Source of the DNA: Burkholderiales bacterium
Lineage (GTDB): Bacteria > Pseudomonadota > Gammaproteobacteria > Burkholderiales > SG8-39
NCBI GenBank assembly: GCA_035273665.1
Contig: DATEOW010000128.1
Span: forward strand, 4,609 to 68,608
Direction: 5' to 3'
DNA: 64,000 bases
Positions 9,179 to 19,287 of this stretch are shown here, one piece after another. Below the pieces are notes generated by a model. It was not told the origin of the DNA. It made no database searches and was given only the letters and a program-made list of their open reading frames with translations. A program made the position numbers and the translations under genes. The first letter of the stretch is position 1; each line of letters opens with the position of its first letter.

Positions 9179-11472
9179 TCCTCTCGCTCTATTTCAAAGA
9201 ACGTTGTCGGTGCCCCGATCGATGCCGTATCAATATTCACCCGGAATGCGCCATTCAAGCGTTCTACCGGAATCGTTTGAAAGCTATTGCCCTGTTGGCG
9301 TCGATCGCCGTTTAGATGGAGCGGGTACACCTTATAGCTCTTCTCCGGATCGAGCCGCAGCACAGCCTGTAATGAAATCGTTTCAAGCCGCACGGGCAGC
9401 TCGCCCAAGTCCACGAGCACCGAGCGATTTTCGTCGCTGAACTGCGCGTCGGAATTCAACGCATCGGTCGCGACGATCATCAGTAGCCGTTTGCTCGCGG
9501 AAAGCGAATTGCCGTTGCCATTGGCGTCCGGCTTGTCGATGGAACTCAAGGACACGAGCGCGTCCGTGTCGACGTTTTCCACGACCAGTCGATCCTCCGG
9601 CTTTGCTTGGGGCAGCCGGCCCGCCTGAAAGACGTGCGCTTCGGTCCTGGGTGTGCGAACACTCATCTGATATACGGCTTGAGGTGACAGCGGGTTTTCG
9701 ATATGGGTCACGAGCTGGCCCGTGTCGCTGACGTAGTGCTCGGTACCGACCCCGGCTTGCAGCGTCATATAGCTGGGATTGTTTTTCACGGCCGCTTGCC
9801 ATTTGCCGAAATGCGCCTGCCAAGGTCCGTCCTGATCTGGTCCCGGCGGACCGATGAGACTCGGCGACGGCGTGAAGCTGTACTTCTGTGGTGTCGGCTC
9901 TTTCGCGAAGGTGCGCTTGACCGCAATCTTTGAAAGAAAAGCCAGACGCCCGAGACTGCTTGGCATCGCCTGATTCAGGCTCGATTGATCGTGCAGAAAG
10001 CGATCGCTGTAATTGATCGTGAAGGTATTGGGAGAAGGAGTTACATCGCCCCGGCGGAACAACAGTGCAGCGAGTGTTTCGCCGGCACGGCCGATTGGGT
10101 CCATGCCGATGGAGAAAGGATAGATCCGGTTGGTACGGGGTACATTTTGAATGCCTTCATATTTCAATGTGACCGGGTTCGAATAGCGGCATAAGCCGTC
10201 CCAGTCCTGAAAAGCGGCATAAGCAGGAGCCGCGATTCCGGCCTCACGGCGCCATTTGTTCCAGTAGGGAATATCGTATTCGTCGACGAAGAAGGGCTTG
10301 CCGGTATAGCGATGCGTCGCGAAGTTCTGTAGATAGGTCAGGGAATCGGAGAAGGAGCTGTTGTTCAAACTTTTAGTCGGCCGCGCTTCCGCGTCGTGAT
10401 AACCATGCAGATGGACCGCATGCAGATAATTGCGGGAGGCGACCGTTTGTACAACCTTGCCATTGTTGTAGGCGCTGAGCAGCAGTTCGGGCGATGCGCG
10501 AGTCTGTATGTATTCGCGCATCCATTTCTGCGTGCGTTTTTCCTTATAGCTGAAGAATTCCGGCACGATCGCCGCGTTCGGCGACAGCGGATCGGTGACT
10601 GCGGGAATTTCCTCCCGCGTCAGTGCGACAGGCGGTGTGCGTTTGGTTGCCGCCCAAGCGATGAGTTCGTCCTTCAGTTGGTCGGGTAACTGATCTCCCG
10701 GAAGCCGACGAATGTTGTAGACCAGGTTAAGCTCGTTGAGAAGCGTGACCGAAGCAAGCGCCGGGTCGTGCAATATGCTGCCTGCGGGGCCGGCGCCGTC
10801 GTAATCTTGATCGTACAGGCGTTCAATGATTTCCTTCCAATGGTCCTGATACTGATGAAGATAGTGCACATAAAGCTTGGTGCGAAAATCCGTTCTTTCC
10901 GCGCGATTGCTGCCGACTAATCCCCAGGCGGCCGTGTCGTCCGTCACCATGTCCAGCATCCAGTGGATGCCGTTGGCTTTCAGCACGCGCAAGAAATCAT
11001 AAAAGCGCGCTCGCTTCACGGGATCGAAAGCGAGGTCGTTGTCTTTGTTTTTGTCCACGCCTTCCATCAGCATCGCGTCGACATGATGTAGGCGCGCAAT
11101 GTTGTATCCATGCAGGCGTAGTTGCAGCGCGATGCGTTCTGCCGTTGCCGTGTCGGGAATCTCGCCCCAAGGCCCGGCAAAGTTCATCGCGGCACAAAGA
11201 AAGCGATGTGGCGTCACGCCATCCAAGCTCAGGCGACCGGTAGCTGTTACTTTGACGCGCTTATGCGCCGGGTTGTTGATGTCGAGGTTTACCGGACCGA
11301 AAAGTTCGGAAAAATCGAGTGCGTTGCCGGGAGAGATTTCAAGATTGGTGTCTTGCACATCCGCCCACTGCCCGGCGGCAAGTGCCGTTCCGGTGCAGAA
11401 AAACGCGGCGCTTAAGACGCAGTACATCAGCAGGCGGTTCAAAGCATGCGGTGGCGAGAACAGTGCAGTCAT
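9175..11472 (-). CDS. Secreted 765-aa protein, possibly a clan GH-A-like glycoside hydrolase
   Basis: N-terminal signal peptide (...GTALAAG). The HGYNIARLHHVD segment resembles the N..R..H strand motif of TIM-barrel glycosidases. No firmer family assignment is possible by eye. Confidence 0.45.
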   Translation of the reverse strand: MTALFSPPHALNRLLMYCVLSAAFFCTGTALAAGQWADVQDTNLEISPGNALDFSELFGPVNLDINNPAHKRVKVTATGRLSLDGVTPHRFLCAAMNFAGPWGEIPDTATAERIALQLRLHGYNIARLHHVDAMLMEGVDKNKDNDLAFDPVKRARFYDFLRVLKANGIHWMLDMVTDDTAAWGLVGSNRAERTDFRTKLYVHYLHQYQDHWKEIIERLYDQDYDGAGPAGSILHDPALASVTLLNELNLVYNIRRLPGDQLPDQLKDELIAWAATKRTPPVALTREEIPAVTDPLSPNAAIVPEFFSYKEKRTQKWMREYIQTRASPELLLSAYNNGKVVQTVASRNYLHAVHLHGYHDAEARPTKSLNNSSFSDSLTYLQNFATHRYTGKPFFVDEYDIPYWNKWRREAGIAAPAYAAFQDWDGLCRYSNPVTLKYEGIQNVPRTNRIYPFSIGMDPIGRAGETLAALLFRRGDVTPSPNTFTINYSDRFLHDQSSLNQAMPSSLGRLAFLSKIAVKRTFAKEPTPQKYSFTPSPSLIGPPGPDQDGPWQAHFGKWQAAVKNNPSYMTLQAGVGTEHYVSDTGQLVTHIENPLSPQAVYQMSVRTPRTEAHVFQAGRLPQAKPEDRLVVENVDTDALVSLSSIDKPDANGNGNSLSASKRLLMIVATDALNSDAQFSDENRSVLVDLGELPVRLETISLQAVLRLDPEKSYKVYPLHLNGDRRQQGNSFQTIPVERLNGAFRVNIDTASIGAPTTFFEIERED

Positions 11473-11630
11473 GGCTAGCTCCCTGAAAATGTGTTGTATG
11501 TATGTTTATTGTTGTGCGGGCAGCAGCCTACGCTTCGATCGGCAAGTGAACAACAACTGCATCAGATTATTTAAGCGCTCGCAGCAGGGAATGGCGCTTG
11601 CTCGTCTTAAAGCCCTTTCATGGAGCCGCC

Positions 11631-12452
11631 ATGCAAGCCACTGCCTCCTCGTCGCCCTCCTTTACGCGCAGTTTTGACTGGGGCGCCTATGCGCTGGGAA
11701 TTGCGCTGGGGGGATTTTTCGACGGCATTCTTTTGCATCAGCTGCTGCAGTGGCATCACCTGCTCTCCGCTGTGGATACCGGTATCTTCAGCGACCTGCG
11801 TGGGCAGGTCCTCGCCGACGGCTTATTTCACGCGCTGATGTATCTTGTAGCAGTGGGCGCGCTGTGGGCATTGCTGCGCACCCGCGCTCAGATGGCTCAG
11901 CCCAGTGCAAACCGGCGTCTAACGGCAGGCCTGCTTATCGGCTTTGGTATATGGCATGTGCTGGACGCGGTCCTTTCGCATTGGCTGCTCGGCATCCACC
12001 GCATTCGCGTCGATGTCGCAAATCCGCTGCCTTGGGATATTGCATGGGTGCTAGTGTTTGGCCTCGTGCCGATCGTCATCGGACTATCCATGCGAAAGCG
12101 TGCCGAAAGCACCCCGCCCGATCATGGCGCCGGCGTCTCTTCTGTCACTCTGAGCATATTGCTGGCATTGACCATCACCGCCGGCCTCGTTTCAGCGCGG
12201 CCCATGCCTGACACCGGGACGGGGGGCGCCGGATTGGTGACCGTCGTTCTTCGTCCCGACGTCGGTCCCGCGCAGTGGTTGAATACGTTGAAGGACGATA
12301 GCCGCATCGTCTGGAGCGATCCCGCCGGCGGCGTATGGGTCTTGCAGCCCGGCACTGGCAGCGGAGCGCTCGATTTTTATCGGCACGGCGCGCTATATGT
12401 CAGCGGCAGCCTATTTCCCGCCGGTTGTTTCGGCTGGTTGAAAGCCGCATAG
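11631..12452 (+). CDS. DUF2243-like integral membrane protein
   Basis: ATG 5 nt after GGAG. His-rich TM motifs LLHQLLQWHHLL and HWLLGIHRIR are typical of DUF2243. Confidence 0.55.
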   Translation: MQATASSSPSFTRSFDWGAYALGIALGGFFDGILLHQLLQWHHLLSAVDTGIFSDLRGQVLADGLFHALMYLVAVGALWALLRTRAQMAQPSANRRLTAGLLIGFGIWHVLDAVLSHWLLGIHRIRVDVANPLPWDIAWVLVFGLVPIVIGLSMRKRAESTPPDHGAGVSSVTLSILLALTITAGLVSARPMPDTGTGGAGLVTVVLRPDVGPAQWLNTLKDDSRIVWSDPAGGVWVLQPGTGSGALDFYRHGALYVSGSLFPAGCFGWLKAA

Positions 12453-12519
12453 CGAATAGCCTCCATCAACGGGATCGCGGTATTCTCCGGTCTCACGGCA
12501 TCTGCGCCGACAAAGAAGA

Positions 12520-13416
12520 ATGAATCTCCGCCATCTTTCCTATCTGATCGCCTTGGCGCGCGAAGGCCACTTTGGCCGCGCAGCCGAATCGGTACATGTC
12601 ACTCAGCCGGCGCTTTCCGCGGCCATCAATCAATTGGAAGAAGAACTCGCCGTGCCGCTCGTTACCCGCACGCGGCAAGGGTTTGAAGGCTTCACCGCCG
12701 AAGGCCGCGAAGTGCTTGCCTGGGCACAGCGCATCCAAGCTGATGTCGAATCGCTGAAGCAGACGCTGGGCGAAATGAAAGGGCAGTTGAAAGGTCATCT
12801 GCGCCTGGGCGTTATTCCAACGGCCGAACCGATCATCGCGACGCTCACGCGGGCGCTACACGATCAGCATCCCAATATCACGGTCACGGTGCTGTCCATG
12901 ACCTCGCAAGAGATCGAACGCGGCCTGGAAGATCTTTCCTTGGAGGCGGGCGTCGCCTACCTCGAAGATAAGCGCATGGAAAACTTACGCGGGATGCAGC
13001 TGTATCTCGAGCGCTATGTCGTTATCGGCGCAGCGGCGATGCTCGGTAAGGGAAAATCCATTGCCTGGGCGGAAGCCGCCAAACTCCCGCTTTGTTTACT
13101 CAGCCGCGATATGCACAATCGCGCGCTGATTGATGAGCACTTCGCCGCGGCGGGCGTCGTGCCATCGGTCGTTGCCGAGACGAATACTTTAATGGGTGTG
13201 CTGAGCCATGTGCGGTCCGGCGCGTGGTGCGGTGTGTTGCCCAGAACGGTACTCGGGCTTCTCGATAAGAGCGGAGACCTGCGATGCGTCGCCCTCAGAG
13301 AACCCGATGTCGTGCATCCGGTTGGATTGCTTTACGCGCCGAGGAAACCCTTATCGCCATTGATACAGGCGCTGGTGGAAGCGACGAAGCGGGCAAGCTT
13401 TGCGGAAGCGGTTTGA
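12520..13416 (+). CDS. LysR-family transcriptional regulator
   Basis: N-terminal wHTH MNLRHLSYLIALAREGHFGRAAESVHVTQPALSAAINQLEEEL plus a substrate-binding domain. Confidence 0.9.
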   Translation: MNLRHLSYLIALAREGHFGRAAESVHVTQPALSAAINQLEEELAVPLVTRTRQGFEGFTAEGREVLAWAQRIQADVESLKQTLGEMKGQLKGHLRLGVIPTAEPIIATLTRALHDQHPNITVTVLSMTSQEIERGLEDLSLEAGVAYLEDKRMENLRGMQLYLERYVVIGAAAMLGKGKSIAWAEAAKLPLCLLSRDMHNRALIDEHFAAAGVVPSVVAETNTLMGVLSHVRSGAWCGVLPRTVLGLLDKSGDLRCVALREPDVVHPVGLLYAPRKPLSPLIQALVEATKRASFAEAV

Positions 13417-13640
13417 GACACCCGATACCGTTATCTGAAATGCGCGCCGGAATTTCAGGCCGGCGTCTTAGGTTCCGGAGTGTCGCATCGTCGTTGGCGA
13501 AGCGCTTTCACGAAAGCTTGGTTAGGCAATCGCATCGCTAAAGCGAAAGCCTGATAGGGCTTTCCGATCACCCCCGGTCTTTTTCTCATTTGATCCCGTT
13601 TTCTTCCCCGCGCATCCTTCGTTCATCAACGGAGGACGCC

Positions 13641-15098
13641 ATGAGCAATCTCTCGCAACCCGATAGCAAACTTCTCATCGATGGCCGCTGGATCGACGCG
13701 GAAGCAAAACATCGATTTCCCGTAATCAATCCCGCTACCGAGGAATTGATTTCCATGGTGGCGGAGGCGCGCGCCCCGGACGTGGATGCCGCAGTGCTTG
13801 CCGCACACCGCGCTTTGCATGCAGGGCCTTGGAGTCGCATGAGCGGCGCCGAGCGTGGCCGCATCCTTAACAAGCTTGCGGACCTGATCGAAGCGCAGGG
13901 CGAAGACCTCGTTATTCTCGAAAGCCTTAACGCCGGTAAGCCGCTGAATGCGACGCGTCGTCAAGATGTTGCCGCCGCCATTGATACGCTGCGCTACTAC
14001 GCCGGTTGGGCGGACAAGATCTCGGGCGACATCGTGCCCACGCGCGGTGATGCGCTGACCTATGTCGAACGCGTTCCGGTAGGTGTGGTTGGCGCTATCG
14101 TGCCCTGGAATTTCCCATTGATGAATGCCGTGTGGAAAATCGCGCCCGCCTTGGCTTGCGGAAATACTGTGGTGTTGAAGCCTGCGGAGTTGACGCCGCT
14201 ATCCGCGCTCAAGCTGGGTGAGTTGGCGCTCCAAGCCGGTCTGCCAGCGGGCGTGCTCAATGTCGTGCCGGGCTTTGGTGCGATCGCAGGTCAGGCCTTG
14301 GTGGACCACCCGCTCGTGAATAAGATTTCCTTTACCGGTTCGCCCGCTGTCGGTAAGCACATCATGGCGAGTGCGTCCAAGCACGCCAAACACGTCACGC
14401 TTGAGCTCGGCGGAAAATCGCCGAATGTGGTGTTCGACGATGCAGACCTCGATCTTGCTGTACGCGCTTCAAGCTCCGGTATTTTCTTCAACGCGGGGCA
14501 GGTGTGCTCGGCCGGTTCGCGGATCCTCGTACAGCGTGGCGTGTATGAGCGTTTTGTCGAAGCCTTTGCGAAACGCGCACAAGCTATTCGCATGGGCGAC
14601 CCCTTTGATGCGCAGACGAATATGGGCCCGGTAATTTCGAAGGCGCAACAGCAAAAAATTCTGGGTTACATCGAATCGGGCAAGCTTGAAGGGGCGAGGC
14701 TCGTACAGGGCGGCGCGGCAGGTATCGAGCGCGGGTTCTATGTGCAGCCCACCGTCTTCGCCGATGTGAGCAATGAGATGAGCATCGCGCGCGAAGAAAT
14801 CTTCGGCCCTGTCGCGGCAGTCATTCCTTTCGATAGCGAGGAAGAGGGCGTTCGCATCGCGAATGACAGTCCGTTCAGCTTGGCTGCCGCCTTGTGGACG
14901 CGAGACGTTGGCCGCGCGCACCGTGTCGCGAAAGGTCTGCGTGCCGGCACGGTGTGGATCAACACCTACGGTCATACCGATGCGCGCTTGCCCTGGGGCG
15001 GATTGGGCGGCGACTCGGGCGTGGGCCGCGATCTTGGCCGCGCGGCGATCGACAACTACACCGAGCAGAAAACGATCTGGCTGAACTTGGCGGCCTGA
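13641..15098 (+). CDS. NAD(P)-dependent aldehyde dehydrogenase
   Basis: ATG after GGAGGA. Motifs VPWNFP, ELGGKSP, FFNAGQVCSAGSR (catalytic Cys), EEIFGPV. Confidence 0.9.
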   Translation: MSNLSQPDSKLLIDGRWIDAEAKHRFPVINPATEELISMVAEARAPDVDAAVLAAHRALHAGPWSRMSGAERGRILNKLADLIEAQGEDLVILESLNAGKPLNATRRQDVAAAIDTLRYYAGWADKISGDIVPTRGDALTYVERVPVGVVGAIVPWNFPLMNAVWKIAPALACGNTVVLKPAELTPLSALKLGELALQAGLPAGVLNVVPGFGAIAGQALVDHPLVNKISFTGSPAVGKHIMASASKHAKHVTLELGGKSPNVVFDDADLDLAVRASSSGIFFNAGQVCSAGSRILVQRGVYERFVEAFAKRAQAIRMGDPFDAQTNMGPVISKAQQQKILGYIESGKLEGARLVQGGAAGIERGFYVQPTVFADVSNEMSIAREEIFGPVAAVIPFDSEEEGVRIANDSPFSLAAALWTRDVGRAHRVAKGLRAGTVWINTYGHTDARLPWGGLGGDSGVGRDLGRAAIDNYTEQKTIWLNLAA

Positions 15099-15179
15099 GA
15101 CGACGAAGAGGCGTTCAGTCCATCGGACGCCTCTGCGCTGCGGTGTTTTAAGTGCTGAAATCAAGGCGCGGTTATCTGG

Positions 15180-17687
15180 ATGTCTTATACTGGGTCATCG
15201 GCGCCGCTGTTACGCGCTTTCGCTGTTCTCTACATGCTGAACAAGAAATCTTCTCTTGTTTGCGGTCTCGGCATCTTCATCCTGCTCTTAGGCGGTTGCA
15301 TCGCCGTCGGCTGGTTGATGCAAATCCAAAATGTCGTTCTCCCGGTTCCTGCTTGGGGGTGGATGGCGCTTCCACCCGCGATTTTCTTTTTTCTGGCGGG
15401 GTGCTGGCTGGTCGCGAAACATGGTTTCAACTTGGAATCGCGCTGGCTTGACGGCGCCGTAGGCGGAATCATTCTGGTCTGGGCCGCCGCCACCTTGATC
15501 GAGCATGTTTCCGGGATCGATTTAGGTGTCGATCTTGGGCATCTGCAAACGTGGTTGCAGGCGCCAGATGCCGGAGCCTCTCATCGCATGGCGCCAAACA
15601 CCTGTCTTGCTTTCATACTTGTCGGGTCGCTGATCGCCTTCGCTTCCCGCTTGTCTCAAACGAGAAGGATGCTGTGGCGGCACGCGGCCGTGTATGCACT
15701 CCTCGGCCTGGCATTAGCGGGGCTATTGGGCTACGTGCTGCAACTCGAATGGCTCTACTGGTGGTTCAGCGCTTCAAGGATGGTTGTGCCGACGGCGGTG
15801 GGATTGCTCGCCCTTGGCGTTGCGCTGTGGCTTCACATACATAGACCGCGCGAGCTGAATGCCGCAGGCGAGATTACGCTTTTCAGCATCGTGACCTTGC
15901 TTGCGGTGGCGGCCGTCTCCGGGTTGACGGGCTTCGCAGTGTTGAAAAGCGCGATGGAAGGCAGTTTGGCCCATGATCTGAGCCACACGGCAAGACTGCG
16001 AGCCGAGCTTTTCGAGACAACCTTGCTCAAAGCGCTCAAAACCAGCCGAACGGCCGCCTCGTTCCCTGTCCTGCTTAACAACGTGCAGCGTTTGAATGAG
16101 GTGCCGCAGGATGGTGCCGCACAACGCACACTATTCGAGATCGGTAATAGTTTTCTGCATTTTGGTCTGTCGTCTTTGCAGATATACGACCGCAATGGCG
16201 GGCTTGTCGCCCAATTTGGTCGCTCTGTTGGAGCAGAGCAGCTAAGCGTCGCCGTGAACCTCGACGGCACACCGGCACAGTTGTTGTGGTCCGATGGTTT
16301 CGTGCTGCGTACGCGAATCCCGCTGTTAAAGCGCGGTGAGGCGATGGGCCATCTCATCAGCGAAGAACGGCTGCCGGTGTTGGACTGGGTATTCTTCAGA
16401 GCGGAGGCGATGGGTAAGAGCGGCGAATTTAAAGTATGTGGACGCCGCGAAGACAGGCTCGATTGTTTTCCCAGTAGGCTGGTGCCGCAGGTGCACTTTT
16501 TTCCTTTCTGGGGTGAGAAAGGCGAGCCTTCTTATCCTGTTGCCCGTGCCATCCTCGGGCAAAGCGGTGAGACCAAAGTCCGCGACTTCCGCAACGTCCG
16601 TGTGTTTGCCTCGTATACGCCTATAGGCAATACGAGCTTGGGGCTTGTGGCGAAGATGGATAGCACGGAAATCTACGCGCCGTTGCAAGACCGGCTCGGG
16701 GCGTTGATAGCCTTTCCGCTGACGCTCCTCGTGGTGGCCGTCTATTTGGTGCGTGTGCGCATTGGTCCGCTTGCCGAACGTCTTGTTCGTTCCGAGCAAG
16801 AATGGAAGCTGCGCGAAAAACTGATGCTGGAGCTGGCCGACGCCGTGCCGTCATGGGTCGCTTACGTGGACAGTAAGGAGCGCTACCGTTATTGCAACGC
16901 GCCCTATTTGCAGGCCTTGGGTTTACGGCAAGACGAAATACAAATGAGAACACTCTCTGATGTTCTTGGGCCGGAGATATACAGTTTGGTCAAGCCCTAT
17001 GTGGACCGCGTCCTTCAAGGCGAGATTGTTTCTTTTGAGCGGCCGATCCATACCGCAGCAGGTGATCGCACTGCAGAGGCGCGCTACGTTCCGGACGTTA
17101 CCGCCGAGGGCAGGGTGCGCGGTTTCTACTTGATGTTGTGGGATATCACGGAGCGCCGCAGGACCGAAGCGCAGCTGCGCAGGCAGGTCAGTATCGATAA
17201 TCTGACAGGCTTGCTTAACCGCGCCGCCTTGCTTGAAGTGTTGGAAGCGACGCTAGAAAGCTCACGAGCGGACGGCGGTTCCTTTGCGCTGTTGTTTCTC
17301 GATGTTGACCGGTTCAAGCAGATCAACGATACCCGCGGTCACGCAATCGGCGATGAAGTGCTGATCGAGTTTGGCAGGCGATTGAAAGACACCTTGCGCG
17401 CGACCGATATAGTTGCGCGATTCGGCGGCGATGAATTCGTGGCGCTTTTGCCCAAAGTGCCCAACATCGATGTGGCTCAACGCGTCGGACAGGCGATCAT
17501 CGATGCGATCGCCAAGCCGATGGCGATCGCTGATGGCGACGCGGTCCGAACTTCGACGAGTGTTGGCATTGCGTATATCACCCGCTTCGACATGGCCGTG
17601 AAGGATTTGTTGAATGTCGCGGATGAAGCGCTCTATGACGCCAAGGGCGCGGGACGAAATCGATATATATTGAAACTGGTTGATTAA
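15180..17687 (+). CDS. Membrane-bound diguanylate cyclase (multi-TM sensor, PAS, GGDEF)
   Basis: About 230-aa polytopic N-terminus, a PAS-like region, and a GGDEF domain with RFGGDEF active site and an RxxD-like I-site context. Start uncertain (alternative ATG at 15234). Confidence 0.8.
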   Translation: MSYTGSSAPLLRAFAVLYMLNKKSSLVCGLGIFILLLGGCIAVGWLMQIQNVVLPVPAWGWMALPPAIFFFLAGCWLVAKHGFNLESRWLDGAVGGIILVWAAATLIEHVSGIDLGVDLGHLQTWLQAPDAGASHRMAPNTCLAFILVGSLIAFASRLSQTRRMLWRHAAVYALLGLALAGLLGYVLQLEWLYWWFSASRMVVPTAVGLLALGVALWLHIHRPRELNAAGEITLFSIVTLLAVAAVSGLTGFAVLKSAMEGSLAHDLSHTARLRAELFETTLLKALKTSRTAASFPVLLNNVQRLNEVPQDGAAQRTLFEIGNSFLHFGLSSLQIYDRNGGLVAQFGRSVGAEQLSVAVNLDGTPAQLLWSDGFVLRTRIPLLKRGEAMGHLISEERLPVLDWVFFRAEAMGKSGEFKVCGRREDRLDCFPSRLVPQVHFFPFWGEKGEPSYPVARAILGQSGETKVRDFRNVRVFASYTPIGNTSLGLVAKMDSTEIYAPLQDRLGALIAFPLTLLVVAVYLVRVRIGPLAERLVRSEQEWKLREKLMLELADAVPSWVAYVDSKERYRYCNAPYLQALGLRQDEIQMRTLSDVLGPEIYSLVKPYVDRVLQGEIVSFERPIHTAAGDRTAEARYVPDVTAEGRVRGFYLMLWDITERRRTEAQLRRQVSIDNLTGLLNRAALLEVLEATLESSRADGGSFALLFLDVDRFKQINDTRGHAIGDEVLIEFGRRLKDTLRATDIVARFGGDEFVALLPKVPNIDVAQRVGQAIIDAIAKPMAIADGDAVRTSTSVGIAYITRFDMAVKDLLNVADEALYDAKGAGRNRYILKLVD

Positions 17688-17695
17688 ACTACAGA

Positions 17696-18670
17696 CTACA
17701 GCCACTTCGCTTTGCGAAAACGCATAAACAAATATCCGTCGATCAACGCCATGGTCGCGAGAGAAAACGGATAACCGAAGCGCCAATCGAGTTCGGGCAT
17801 ATGCGCAAAGTTCATCCCGTATATGCCGGCAATCATCGTGGGGACGGCGACAAGCGCGGCATAAGCCGCGAGCCGTTTCGTCACTTCGTTATCCTGGATC
17901 GCAAGCATGGAAAGATTGACCTGAATAGCGGTGGTCAACATCTCACGCGCGCTTTCGATGGATTGATTCAGGCGCGCTAAATGATCGTAGACGTCGCTGA
18001 AATAATCGCGCAGACCCGTGCACAGATAAGGCACTCGTCCACCGAACAGTTTTCCGGTCGCTTCCTGTAGAGGCCCGACAGCATGCTTGAGCTGCATCAG
18101 TTTCTGTTTCAAGGCATACAACGATTCGATACTGTCGCGCGGGTCATGGTCTTCTTGATTGGCAAACAGCCCTTGTTCGATGCCTTCCAGTTCCGTTTCC
18201 AAGGCGTCAAGCACCGGGAAATAGCGATCGACGACCGCGTCCATCAGCGCGTAGAGCACATAGCCCGGCCCGTTTTTCAGCAAAGCCGGTTCGCGCTCGG
18301 TGCGCTTGCGCACGTCGACGAACCCGCGTTCGGAACGGCTACGGACCGAGACAACGTACTTCGGCCCCACGAAAACGTCTACTTCACCGCGCACCAGTTC
18401 GCCGTCGACGTAATCGATCATATGCAGTACGACAAACAATGATTCGCCGTATTCGTCGATCTTGGGTCGTTGGTGACCGTGGTGGGCGTCTTCCACAGCG
18501 AGGGGGTGAAGATCGAAAACCGCCTGGATATCGGCTAATTCCTGCGAATCCGGGTCCTTCAGGGCAACCCAGACGAACGAGTCCTTCCGACTCATGTACT
18601 GGGGAATCTCGTTGATGCTTAGATCCGCCAGCTTGCGGCCGTCCTGATAAGCGACGCAGTTAATAATCAA
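17696..18670 (-). CDS. corA: Magnesium/cobalt transporter CorA
   Basis: 324 aa. C-terminal two TM segments with the YGMNF signature. Confidence 0.9.
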   Translation of the reverse strand: MIINCVAYQDGRKLADLSINEIPQYMSRKDSFVWVALKDPDSQELADIQAVFDLHPLAVEDAHHGHQRPKIDEYGESLFVVLHMIDYVDGELVRGEVDVFVGPKYVVSVRSRSERGFVDVRKRTEREPALLKNGPGYVLYALMDAVVDRYFPVLDALETELEGIEQGLFANQEDHDPRDSIESLYALKQKLMQLKHAVGPLQEATGKLFGGRVPYLCTGLRDYFSDVYDHLARLNQSIESAREMLTTAIQVNLSMLAIQDNEVTKRLAAYAALVAVPTMIAGIYGMNFAHMPELDWRFGYPFSLATMALIDGYLFMRFRKAKWL

Positions 18671-18709
18671 AACACGCTCTCCGTCAATCGAAGTTGCGGC
18701 ACTCTACTC

Positions 18710-18725
18710 TGGCAATTGCGCTGCG
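18710..18725 (+). promoter_or_regulatory. Weak sigma54-like motif upstream of mobB (possibly fortuitous)
   Basis: TGGCAAttgcgCTGCG with correct GG-N10-GC spacing, about 63 nt upstream of the mobB ATG. Confidence 0.2.
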
Positions 18726-18786
18726 CCAAGGTCACAACTTGACGGCGGTCAGCCTTTCCCGGGTAGGGGCCTGTTAAAATCGACAA

Positions 18787-19287
18787 ATGAAAATCTTCGG
18801 CTTCGCCGGCTGGTCAGGCAGCGGTAAAACGACCCTTATCGAACAACTCATTCCGCGCTTCGTTCAGGCCGGCCTGAGAGTCTCGCTGATCAAGCACGCA
18901 CACCATAACTTCGATGTCGACCAACCAGGCAAGGATTCCTACCGCCATCGAGAGGCCGGCGCGCAAGAAGTGCTCGTTTCCTCGGCCAAGCGCTGGGTGC
19001 TCATGCACGAACTGCGCGATGAGGACGAGCCGCGTCTTGACGAAATGATCGCGCGCGTGGCCCCTTGCGACCTGCTGCTGATCGAGGGCTATAAAAAATA
19101 TCCGCTCCCCAAACTGGAAGTTTTTCGTACGGGCAACAACAAAGCCTTTCTTCACCCGGAAGACCCGCACATTGTCGGTATCGCAAGCGATGTGCCGGTG
19201 CAAACGAAACTGCCGCAATTTGATCTAAACGATTACGACGGGGTTGCGGCTTTCATCATGCAACATAACGGTTTACAGCGCGGTTAA
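18787..19287 (+). CDS. mobB: Molybdopterin-guanine dinucleotide biosynthesis adapter protein MobB
   Basis: Walker A GWSGSGKTT. Adjacent to moeA. Confidence 0.85.
   Translation: MKIFGFAGWSGSGKTTLIEQLIPRFVQAGLRVSLIKHAHHNFDVDQPGKDSYRHREAGAQEVLVSSAKRWVLMHELRDEDEPRLDEMIARVAPCDLLLIEGYKKYPLPKLEVFRTGNNKAFLHPEDPHIVGIASDVPVQTKLPQFDLNDYDGVAAFIMQHNGLQRG

Noticed and set aside
15107-15134. Hairpin AGAGGCGT-12 nt-ACGCCTCT after the aldehyde dehydrogenase gene
   Set aside because: It has an 8-bp stem but a large loop and no T-tract. It may be a weak or Rho-assisted terminator, so it is not listed as a feature.
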